NCBI GenBank assembly: GCA_016211215.1
Contig: JACQSR010000033.1
Span: 4,766 to 68,765, forward strand
DNA: 64,000 bases
Direction of reading: 5' to 3'
Origin: Candidatus Woesearchaeota archaeon
GTDB taxonomy: Archaea > Nanobdellota > Nanobdellia > Woesearchaeales > JACQSR01
The notes beneath the pieces were generated by a model, which saw only the letters and a list, made by a program, of their open reading frames with translations, searched no databases and had not been told where the DNA came from. Positions 1-8,072 of this stretch are shown here, piece after piece. Numbering within the stretch: position 1 is the first letter of the stretch; each line of letters opens with the position of its first letter. The position numbers and the translations under genes were made by a program.

Positions 1-37
1 CGTTGAGTTTACGGCATTTGTTCCCGATGATGTTTCT

Positions 38-253
38 TTGAATCCACTTTACCACAGGGATACCGAATACCATCATGTAAAAAAGGACTCCAAGGCAATT
101 CCGCCCAACTGGCTTGCAACCGAGGTAAAGGATTACATCTCATACATCAAGTTCAGGACAGTTGCCCAAAACACCCGCAATCTTAATCCTGCGCGGGGCA
201 TAATGGGCTGGCTTGAAGACCAGGGAAACATCGTTGTTAAGAAGCTGAAATAG
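38..253 (+). CDS. hypothetical protein, probably truncated by the left window edge (frame stays open back to nt 2); paralog of 303..749
   Basis: ORF track. The C-terminal block VKDYISYIKFRT aligns with VKDYVCYLEFRT of the next ORF. The listed start is TTG. No family recognised. Confidence 0.4.
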   Translation: MNPLYHRDTEYHHVKKDSKAIPPNWLATEVKDYISYIKFRTVAQNTRNLNPARGIMGWLEDQGNIVVKKLK

Positions 254-302
254 ATAGTTTTTTAAAATATATTCTGAAAGCAATGGATAGTGGGGATTTA
301 CC

Positions 303-749
303 ATGCAGGACTTTATGCCAGACATGAATAAGAATGATATGCAGACATACGAGATAGTCCTTCTTATGGAGAACTCTATGGAGCCTGAGCATATGACGCA
401 TATGACATATCCTTCAGTTGACGAAGAGGTTGCTTCCCCCAATGCGACGGAGATTTCTGATTTTGTGGGAGATGAGAAGCCTGAGACAGACAATGATGGT
501 GACCACGCTGTAGTTACCCACTCGATATACTGGCAGGTTCAGCAGAAATATCTCTTTGGAGAAGAGCATTATCATAAAAAGGAAAAAAGACTGCCCCAAT
601 TTAAGTTCACAGACGCTGTAAAGGACTACGTTTGTTATCTGGAATTCAGGACAGCCAGCAAGGAGCTCAGGAAGCTTACCCTTAATTTTGAAGTGATGAA
701 AAGATTTGAGGATACATTTATCATTGCAAAGTTTAAAAGTATAAAATAA
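303..749 (+). CDS. hypothetical protein with an acidic N-terminus; paralog of 38..253
   Basis: ORF track. Shares the motif H-x-KK...VKDY-x-x-Y-x-x-FRT with the upstream ORF. No family recognised. Confidence 0.45.
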   Translation: MQDFMPDMNKNDMQTYEIVLLMENSMEPEHMTHMTYPSVDEEVASPNATEISDFVGDEKPETDNDGDHAVVTHSIYWQVQQKYLFGEEHYHKKEKRLPQFKFTDAVKDYVCYLEFRTASKELRKLTLNFEVMKRFEDTFIIAKFKSIK

Positions 750-779
750 TCCGAACTATTCCTTGCCTTTGACAAAAAA

Positions 780-1043
780 TGGCGGTGGCGGGACTTTCAT
801 TAAGGGTTGCGTTTTTCCGAAGTTCGTGGGATTGAGCAAAGCGAAATCCCACTTACCCTGAAGTTCCATTGTGGAACGAAGGGTGCTGGAAACGTGAGTT
901 TCCATCAACTGCGGGGTGTATCGGGCGCAGCCCTTACTTTTGAACCCGCGACCTCTAGATAACCCGGTTAGAGTATCATCGGCTTACGCCTCAGCACTCA
1001 TTGATATGAGTCTAGCGCTCTAACCAAGCTGAGCTACACCGCC
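780..1043 (-). tRNA. tRNA with anticodon CAU (elongator Met or Ile2), carrying two introns
   Basis: Read on the minus strand. Acceptor GGCGGUG/CACCGCC plus A73; D arm GCUC-AGCUUGGUUA-GAGC; anticodon stem CUAGA/UCUAG with loop CUCAUA|A; T stem GCGGG/CCCGC with loop UUCAAA|U. Introns lie at 961..1004 (44 nt, after nt 37) and 794..938 (145 nt, position 59/60, strict BHB). The mature length would be 75 nt. A TATA-like TTATTTAAAAG sits at 1067..1077. Confidence 0.85.
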
Positions 1044-1125
1044 TTGAGAAGAAGTTCTGGGGGTAGTTATTTAAAAGTGTTGGTTTATCAAGCTTAGTCA
1101 GGCCGAAAAAAATTTTCAAAAAACC

Positions 1126-1542
1126 CTATAGGCACCCTAAAACCTTTCGCCTCATCTCTTCCATCTCTCCTGCGTTGTATTTCTTTGCGGGCCACGGAAT
1201 CTTGAAGTCATCTCCTTCAAATCTTGGAATGATGTGCATGTGCGCGTGAAAAACTGCCTGCCCTGATGCCTTGCCGTTGTTGAGCAGGTTGTTGACCCCT
1301 TCCACACCAGTCGCCAATTTTACTGCCTTGGTAACTTTTTTTGTAGCGGCAATCATGTCCTTAAGGACATCATCCGGCGTGTCGATAATTGTCACGTAAT
1401 GCCCTTTTGGAATCACCAAAGCATGACCTTGGTTGATTGGCCCTATGTCAAGGAAGCTTAGCACGTTCTTAGTCTCATACAGCTTTGCGCAGGGAATTTC
1501 CCCCCTGACTATTTTGCAGAAAATGCAGTCCATAGGTACCAT
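1126..1542 (-). CDS. HIT-family (histidine triad) nucleotide hydrolase
   Basis: HAHMHIIPR histidine-triad motif and an N-terminal CIFCKI motif. The likely start is MDCIFCK at 1533. Confidence 0.85.
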   Translation of the reverse strand: MVPMDCIFCKIVRGEIPCAKLYETKNVLSFLDIGPINQGHALVIPKGHYVTIIDTPDDVLKDMIAATKKVTKAVKLATGVEGVNNLLNNGKASGQAVFHAHMHIIPRFEGDDFKIPWPAKKYNAGEMEEMRRKVLGCL

Positions 1543-1578
1543 CTCCCTTATCGTTACTTATCAATTTAAATATGTTTA

Positions 1579-1805
1579 TGGACCAGTCGGGACTTTCATT
1601 GAGAGATTGTATGTTTCTACACCGCCAAAGTTCGTGGCATCGTAGATGCCACTTGACTGCCAGCGTGTGAAGCATCCGCATAGTTGTGGATGTGCTGGAA
1701 ACTCGTTGTTTCCATCAGGTGCAGTCCCTCACTTTTGAACCCGAAGCCTCCCCATTTTTGGTAATAAAGCCAATGGGGCACTCTACCAGGTTGAGCTACT
1801 GGCCC
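1579..1805 (-). tRNA. tRNA-Ala (GGC), carrying two introns
   Basis: Read on the minus strand. Acceptor GGGCCAG/CUGGUCC with the G3:U70 Ala identity pair plus A73; anticodon stem CCCCA/UGGGG; loop UUGGC..A. A 12-nt intron lies at about 1756..1767 (H helix UUGG/CCAA). T stem UCGGG/CCCGA is interrupted by a 141-nt intron at 1593..1733 (position 59/60, strict BHB). The mature length would be 74 nt. A TATA TTTATAAG sits at 1831..1838. Confidence 0.85.
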
Positions 1806-1843
1806 ATAAAACAGCTGAAAAAAGAATCCCTTTATAAGATTAA

Positions 1844-2056
1844 TCACTTAACAGCCAGCTTGATGTCCTCTTCCTGAACTGTCTTTCTGCCTGAATGCTG
1901 CGCAATCTTTGACGCCTGCAACGCTATCTTTTCCGTCATCTCCGTAATCACTTCAGCAAAGGCATCAACGGCATCAGCCGATACCCTTTTCGCACCGCAC
2001 TCCATCAGAATTCTCGCAACAGGAGCCTTCGGAATAACACTGGTCCTTCTCGTCAT
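1844..2056 (-). CDS. archaeal histone (HMf-type histone fold)
   Basis: IPKAPVARIL...AVDAFAEVITEMTEKIALQASKIAQHSGRKTVQEEDIKLA is a typical archaeal histone fold. Start trimmed to MTRRTS; the ORF track extends to 2095. Confidence 0.85.
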   Translation of the reverse strand: MTRRTSVIPKAPVARILMECGAKRVSADAVDAFAEVITEMTEKIALQASKIAQHSGRKTVQEEDIKLAVK

Positions 2057-2144
2057 AATCCCCTCTAAAAAACCACCCTGGTCTTTGTGGTACACCCTCC
2101 CTTCTCAAGCATATTTAAATAGTTTTCGGTATTATGCCTGCAAC

Positions 2145-3827
2145 ATGGACATCAACTCTTCAACAAGAAAGTACGCCCTGCATAACGCAGTAAAGTTCGG
2201 GGGAAAGGCGTCGTCCAAGGCTATAGTGGGGCGCATTCTGGCAGAATTTCCGGAATGGCGCAATAAACCGAAAGAGCTGTCGGAAAAGATTGAGCAGATA
2301 GTTTCCGAAGTCAACGCTCTAAGCCCCGAATCTCAGCTCAGGGAACTGCAGTCAGTTGCGCCTGAACTCCTTCATGAGCAAAAGAAAGAGAAAAAAACCG
2401 GTCTTCCCGACCTGGATGACGCAAAAAAAGTGGTGATGAGGTTTGCGCCTTCCCCATCCGGACCGTTGCACATCGGCCACGCTTATGTATTGTCCCTTAA
2501 CTCTGAGTTCTGCAGGAAATACAATGGAACACTTTACATAAGAATTGAAGACACCAATCCCGAAAACATAAACCCCGAATCCTACAAGCTCATCGAGGAA
2601 GATGCCCAATGGCTTACAAAGAACAATGTTGCAAAGGTTTTCATTCAGTCCGACAGGATTGAGGAGTATTACAAGTGCGCGGAAAAGCTTATTGGCATGG
2701 GCGCAGCATACATATGCACCTGCACGCCAGATGATTTCAGGTCAGCCGCCGTAAAAAAGAAGGCTTGCCCGTGCAGGGAATTGCCTCTTAAGGAGCAGAA
2801 GCACCGCTATCGAAGGATGTTCAGCGATTATGGGGAAGGGGAAGCAGTTATGCGGGTTAAAACCTCGCTTGATGACCCAAACCCTGCAATGCGCGACTGG
2901 CCGGCCATGAGGATAAACCTCCACGAGCATCCAAGGCAGAAAAGCAAATACCGTGTATGGCCGCTGATGAATCTTGCAGTTGCAGTAGACGACCACGATT
3001 TTGGAATAACGCACACCATAAGGGCCAAGGACCACATGGACAACGAGAAGAAGCAGCGTTTTGCATTTGAATACCTAAAGTGGAAAATGCCCCATCACCT
3101 CTATGTCGGCAGGATTAATTTCAAGGACATCAAGATAAGCGCATCTGAAACAAGAAGGGCAATTGAGCTGGGAAAATATGATGGCTGGGACGACATAAGG
3201 ATTCCATTCCTGCGCGCACTGAAAAGGCGCGGCTATTCACCCGATGCATTCATAAAATACGCCATCGACGTTGGAGTTACCCAAAACGACAAATATGTAA
3301 CCGGAGAAGAATTCTTCAAGAACCTGAACGCGTTCAACAGGGACGTCATAGACCCCATATCCAAAAGGTTCTTCTTCATACACGACCCCGCTGAAGTTGC
3401 AATTAAGGGAGCGCCAAAATCTTCTGTTGAGCTTGACCTCCATCCCGACAGCATAAAGGGCGGCAGGAAGTTCAGTGTTGGGGAAAAATTCATACTCTCA
3501 AAAAAAGACCTCTCGGAGCTGAAGGAGGGGGAGATTGCAAGGCTCATGGACCTTCTCAACTTCAGGAAGTCAAAAAATGAGTTCACATTCGACAGCAGGG
3601 AGTATGAAAAATACAAGAAAGAAGGAAAAAAGATTATCCACTGGCTTCCTGCAGATGGCAATATAAAAGTCCAGGTTAAAATGCCGGATGGAAGCATAAT
3701 TTCTGGATTGGGGGAAAGCAGCCTCAAGCTTGCAGAGGTTGATGATACGGTTCAGTTTGAGCGCTTTGGCTTTTGCAGGCTCGACAGCAAGAACGAAGTT
3801 TACACATTCTGGTTTGCGCACAAATAG
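2145..3827 (+). CDS. gltX: glutamyl-tRNA synthetase (archaeal GlxRS type)
   Basis: Class I HIGH motif (PSGPLHIGHA), RIEDTNPE, and the overall archaeal GluRS layout. The ATG at 2145 lies 25 nt downstream of the TATA ATTTAAAT at 2113..2120. Confidence 0.9.
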   Translation: MDINSSTRKYALHNAVKFGGKASSKAIVGRILAEFPEWRNKPKELSEKIEQIVSEVNALSPESQLRELQSVAPELLHEQKKEKKTGLPDLDDAKKVVMRFAPSPSGPLHIGHAYVLSLNSEFCRKYNGTLYIRIEDTNPENINPESYKLIEEDAQWLTKNNVAKVFIQSDRIEEYYKCAEKLIGMGAAYICTCTPDDFRSAAVKKKACPCRELPLKEQKHRYRRMFSDYGEGEAVMRVKTSLDDPNPAMRDWPAMRINLHEHPRQKSKYRVWPLMNLAVAVDDHDFGITHTIRAKDHMDNEKKQRFAFEYLKWKMPHHLYVGRINFKDIKISASETRRAIELGKYDGWDDIRIPFLRALKRRGYSPDAFIKYAIDVGVTQNDKYVTGEEFFKNLNAFNRDVIDPISKRFFFIHDPAEVAIKGAPKSSVELDLHPDSIKGGRKFSVGEKFILSKKDLSELKEGEIARLMDLLNFRKSKNEFTFDSREYEKYKKEGKKIIHWLPADGNIKVQVKMPDGSIISGLGESSLKLAEVDDTVQFERFGFCRLDSKNEVYTFWFAHK

Positions 3828-3839
3828 GGCAGAGAAAGA

Positions 3840-4340
3840 TTAGCCCATCTTACTTTTAACAAGCGACAGCCTCTTCCCTATTCTGGAAGCAGTTTTCCTG
3901 TCAACCGATTTTCTGATGCTGCCAAATCTCCTTTCAAGCGCCAGGAGTTTGCCCTTCATGCTTTCTTCATCCTTAACCACGCCCATTCCCAGCGCGGCAA
4001 TCTTGTCCCTGAGGCTGTCCATCGCCTGGGTGAGAAACACAATCCTGTCGTGCTCTTTGTCCAGGCTTTCCTTGACCTCAAAATCCCTCCTGCTGATTTT
4101 TTCCTCGATGTCATTCACCCTGCTGCGAAGCCCCGCGATGATGAACTCGCTCTGCCTTGAGACATTGTATGTGCGGTTCCCCTTCCTGCTTAGCCTGCTC
4201 AAATCAGACTTCATCATCCCTATTTCACGCAGCATTTCATCCCTGCTCATAGCGTGAACTTCTCCGGACTCATGCCTTGCCGCAGCAATGCACAGGTGCC
4301 TTACAAAACTCCTCAGCTTGTGCGGTGGAAAAGAATTCAT
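3840..4340 (-). CDS. hypothetical coiled-coil protein
   Basis: Heptad-rich charged sequence. Overlaps the upstream gene's stop by 4 nt (ATGA). An alternative start MSRDEML lies at 4250. Confidence 0.5.
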   Translation of the reverse strand: MNSFPPHKLRSFVRHLCIAAARHESGEVHAMSRDEMLREIGMMKSDLSRLSRKGNRTYNVSRQSEFIIAGLRSRVNDIEEKISRRDFEVKESLDKEHDRIVFLTQAMDSLRDKIAALGMGVVKDEESMKGKLLALERRFGSIRKSVDRKTASRIGKRLSLVKSKMG

Positions 4341-4981
4341 TTCTTGTGGATGAGCTTTGAGAAAAAGCCCTTCTTCGGCTCCTCCAAATCCAAAGGCGGC
4401 ATTTCCGGAAGGTTCTCCAAATCGCTTATGTCCAGCTTTTCACTGGGCTGAAAACTCGGTCCTGGAAAGGGCTTTGAATTAGGCGGTGGTTGCATGCCCG
4501 GCACCTGCCTTGGAGGGAACTGCTGAAAGCCCGGCTGGAAAACCTGCTGCGGTCTTGGAACTTCCGGTCCAAGCATGGGTTGTGGCATGGCCTCCGGCAT
4601 CTTTGGCCTTATCTTCGGCTGCTCTTTGACCGGCTTTTCCGCCTGGTCCATCCTGTGCAAAAGCTTGTCCACATCAGTGGTTATCATGTCATTCATCGAT
4701 ACAAGGGCCTCTGCAATGGTCTGGTTCTGCTCGATTACCTTGTCAAGCTTCTCAGAAATAGCCTTGTAGGAGCCGCCGCTGCCCTCCTCTTCCTTAATCT
4801 GCTCCGCGGCAAGCTTGAACACCTGCATCATTTCAGACATGTTCTTTGTAAGCTGGGATAGGGATTCAGTGAGGCTGTCAGCGTTAAACTTCTCGGACCT
4901 TTTCTTCAGCGATTCCACTTCCTCTTTTAGTCCCCTAATCTCCTCTGCAGGAATTATCTCGTATGGACCTTCTCTTGCCAT
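4337..4981 (-). CDS. hypothetical protein with a coiled-coil N-domain, a Pro/Gln-rich linker and a C-terminal amphipathic helix
   Basis: Start trimmed to MAREGPYEI; the ORF track extends to 5095. The P/Q-rich segment is followed by LDLEEPKKGFFSKLIHKK. Confidence 0.55.
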   Translation of the reverse strand: MAREGPYEIIPAEEIRGLKEEVESLKKRSEKFNADSLTESLSQLTKNMSEMMQVFKLAAEQIKEEEGSGGSYKAISEKLDKVIEQNQTIAEALVSMNDMITTDVDKLLHRMDQAEKPVKEQPKIRPKMPEAMPQPMLGPEVPRPQQVFQPGFQQFPPRQVPGMQPPPNSKPFPGPSFQPSEKLDISDLENLPEMPPLDLEEPKKGFFSKLIHKK

Positions 4982-5041
4982 TCTATCACGCTCTTTTAAC
5001 CTAACCTCCCATTTGGGTAAATTGTTTATAAATATTTCTAT

Positions 5042-7150
5042 TTGCAAAACGCAAATTATAAATATCCTCTGTTGGATTTTACATCTATTATTCACGAAAA
5101 AAAGGGGTTCATAGCGTTATTTATAGTGGGATTTATATTGGTATTCCTAGCCCAGGGCTCATTTGCCGTTAAGGTAGATACTGCCGTGGCAGATGGATTA
5201 GGCAATGATACAGTGCCGGTGATTATCTCCTTCCAGAAATACATTCCGCCTGACAGCGTCATGGCTTCTGTTGGAATCACCAGCACTAAGGCAGCATCCG
5301 CAAATTCACGCCCGGATTTGGTGATAAGGAAGCGGTACAGGAACTTTAACATGATAGCGGGCAATATCTCGAGGGAGGGCCTCAAAAAACTCATGGAAAA
5401 TCCCTCAGTCAAGTCCATCGAGATGGACGCAAGGGTTTCAATATTGCTGGACAAAAGCGCACCCCTTATCGGCGCATCAGAAGTAAATGAAATGGGCTAC
5501 AATGGCGCATTTCTCAGGGGAAATGGCGCATCTGTCTGCGTAATTGACACAGGAGTTGATTCCTCACATCCGGCCCTTTCTGTAATCGGCGGGTATGACT
5601 TTGTAAACTCCGACAATGACCCAATGGACGACAACGGCCATGGCACCATGGTTGCAGGAATAATATCCTCAAGGGACTCCAGATACACAGGTGTTGCACC
5701 TGAATCGGGCATAGTTGCATTAAAGGCTCTTGATTCAGCAGGCTCAGGCTCCTTCTCCGATGTTGTTGCATCAATAGATTACTGCATCACAAACAGGGAC
5801 AAGTTCAATATCTCCGCGATATCCATGAGCCTTGGTGTTTCCGGGTTCCGTACAAACGACTCATCCGAATGCGATTCATTGGCTGCAGGGAATGCCATAA
5901 ACACCGCAGTGCAGAACAACATCCCGGTTGTGGTGTCTTCAGGAAACGGCGGCTACCCGGATGGTATATCATACCCTGCATGCGCGTCAGGTGCAATTTC
6001 GGTGGGGGCAACTGACGACTACGACCGGATTGCAAGCTTCTCCAACTCAGCGTCATTGCTTGATTTGCTTGCTCCGGGCGTTGGAATAAAAACATCTTAC
6101 CCCGGCACGGAGTTTTTATCCGGCTCCGGAACATCTTTTTCTGCACCCCACATCGCAGGGGCTGTTGCATTGCTCAGGCAGATTGGCATGATAAATTCCT
6201 CGCTGAGCCTCTCACCATCCGAGGTGGAAAATCTGCTCAAGAATACCGGCGTGCGGCTAATCGATGGAAAAAACGGCCTTTCATTCCCCCGCGTGGACAT
6301 TAACGCGGCAGTGCTGTCATTGGCAGGAAATATGAACAGCCAGGAAACGCCGATGGCTGTAAGCATAGAGTCCCCAAAACCAATAGTTTATGCCTCAAGG
6401 TCCATCCCATTAATCATCTCCCTTACTGCAAAAGCAGACTCCATTGAATACTCTGCCAACGGAAGATTCGCAACATTGTGCAGCAACTGCAGGTATTTTA
6501 AGGACAATGTCGTTTTCAGTGAAGGCTCAAACGAGATTGTAGTCAGGGCCAACAGGAAAGGGGTGTCAAACTCAACAAATGTGTCATTCCTTGTGGATTC
6601 CATCAAGCCCAAGATTCATTCAACAAATTCAAATGGATGGAGCAACGGCACTTTTGCAGTTACATTCACGGAAGAAAACCCAAAGAACATTTCCCTGTGG
6701 ATTAGGGGCAACGGCAGTAATTTCTCCCGGTTTGAGATGAAAAACTGCGCATCCGGCAGGCGTGTCTCGTGCACAACAAATATTGGCATAAGCAATATGG
6801 AGAACCAGGCAATTGATTTCTATTTTACCATTGCAGACCTGATAAACGAGGTTTCCTCAAGGATACAGTCATCAGTAGTTGACACCACAAGGCCCAGTCT
6901 CATTATCAACTCGCCTATTGATGGAAGCGCTTATTACGGCAGGCTGACCCTCGATGCAATATCATCAGAGCCAGCAGCCATCTCCTATTCAGTAAACGAC
7001 GGGCCTCAAAAAAAGCTCTGCACATACTGCAGAACCGTATCAAGGAAGCAGGCATTTTCCACAGGCAATAACTCAGTTGCTGTTTACGCCGCCGACAGGG
7101 CAGGAAACTCCAACTCCAGGACGGTTTCATTCCAGACCAGCAATATTTAA
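5042..7150 (+). CDS. secreted subtilisin-like serine protease (peptidase S8) with C-terminal Ig-like repeats
   Basis: Catalytic triad motifs VIDTGVD (Asp), HGTMVAG (His) and GTSFSAPHIAG (Ser). N-terminal hydrophobic signal IALFIVGFILVFLAQGSFA. The start is uncertain (TTG at 5042 or 5072). A TATA TTTATAAATA sits at 5024..5033. Confidence 0.85.
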   Translation: MQNANYKYPLLDFTSIIHEKKGFIALFIVGFILVFLAQGSFAVKVDTAVADGLGNDTVPVIISFQKYIPPDSVMASVGITSTKAASANSRPDLVIRKRYRNFNMIAGNISREGLKKLMENPSVKSIEMDARVSILLDKSAPLIGASEVNEMGYNGAFLRGNGASVCVIDTGVDSSHPALSVIGGYDFVNSDNDPMDDNGHGTMVAGIISSRDSRYTGVAPESGIVALKALDSAGSGSFSDVVASIDYCITNRDKFNISAISMSLGVSGFRTNDSSECDSLAAGNAINTAVQNNIPVVVSSGNGGYPDGISYPACASGAISVGATDDYDRIASFSNSASLLDLLAPGVGIKTSYPGTEFLSGSGTSFSAPHIAGAVALLRQIGMINSSLSLSPSEVENLLKNTGVRLIDGKNGLSFPRVDINAAVLSLAGNMNSQETPMAVSIESPKPIVYASRSIPLIISLTAKADSIEYSANGRFATLCSNCRYFKDNVVFSEGSNEIVVRANRKGVSNSTNVSFLVDSIKPKIHSTNSNGWSNGTFAVTFTEENPKNISLWIRGNGSNFSRFEMKNCASGRRVSCTTNIGISNMENQAIDFYFTIADLINEVSSRIQSSVVDTTRPSLIINSPIDGSAYYGRLTLDAISSEPAAISYSVNDGPQKKLCTYCRTVSRKQAFSTGNNSVAVYAADRAGNSNSRTVSFQTSNI

Positions 7151-7175
7151 AAACCGGATAAGGATTTTGCTCTCC

Positions 7176-8072
7176 ATGTCCTACATATTTTCAAACATTC
7201 TCGGAACATTCATAATTGACAACAACCTAAAAATAATCGACAGGGTTGTTTATCAGCACGCTTCAGACGAAAAACGGCTTTTGCTGAAGCACGGGGCAGT
7301 TAAGCCTGACAATGATGCCCTGAAAAGTATTCTTGGCGTTTTCAAGGACAGGGCTTACTCGGAAAAGTTCCATTCCATCAACCTGGAGCTCACCAAGGCC
7401 GGAATCAGGGATTCTGTAACTGACGAGTTTTTAGTCATAGAGGCAGTCCACGCAATCGACGACATAACAAAGGTTTCAAATACCTTGATGAAAAGATTCA
7501 GGGGATGGTACGCTCTGCAAAATCCGGAATACGAGCATTCGGAAACCGATAATGAAATCCTTTTGGGCAATGTGCTGAAGGCAAACACCGTGAAGAAAGA
7601 AAAAATATCAATGGGCGCGCATTTCAGCAAAGAGGACATCGAGCCGGTAATGGAGCTTGGAGAAAAAATCCGCGTGCTCTACCGGCTAAGGTCATCGCAG
7701 GAAAAGTACCTTGATGGGGTTATGGGAAGGCTTTGCCCCAACGTTTCTGAAGTCGCGGGGGCCTTAATTGGCGCACGGCTTCTTGTGCATGCAAGGTCGC
7801 TCAGGAGACTCGCAATGATGCCCGCTTCCACCATACAGCTTCTCGGGGCTGAGCAGGCACTTTTCAGGCACATGAGAACCGGGGCAAGGGCTCCAAGGCA
7901 CGGTCTTATTGTAGCCCATCCCCTTTTGGTGTCTGCGCCGCAGAAAATGCACGGAAAGATAGCAAGGGGCCTGGCAGACAAGATTGCAATTGCGGCAAAA
8001 GTGGACTATTTCAGGGGAAAGTTCATAGGCAACAAGCTAAGGGAGGAGCTTGAAAAGAAGTTTGCAGCATGA
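7176..8072 (+). CDS. nop5: Nop5 (Nop56/58) C/D box snoRNP protein
   Basis: NOP domain motifs LIGARLLVHARSLRRLA, STIQLLGAEQALFRH and KHGLI. Translationally coupled to the fibrillarin gene. Start trimmed to MSYIFS. Confidence 0.85.
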   Translation: MSYIFSNILGTFIIDNNLKIIDRVVYQHASDEKRLLLKHGAVKPDNDALKSILGVFKDRAYSEKFHSINLELTKAGIRDSVTDEFLVIEAVHAIDDITKVSNTLMKRFRGWYALQNPEYEHSETDNEILLGNVLKANTVKKEKISMGAHFSKEDIEPVMELGEKIRVLYRLRSSQEKYLDGVMGRLCPNVSEVAGALIGARLLVHARSLRRLAMMPASTIQLLGAEQALFRHMRTGARAPRHGLIVAHPLLVSAPQKMHGKIARGLADKIAIAAKVDYFRGKFIGNKLREELEKKFAA

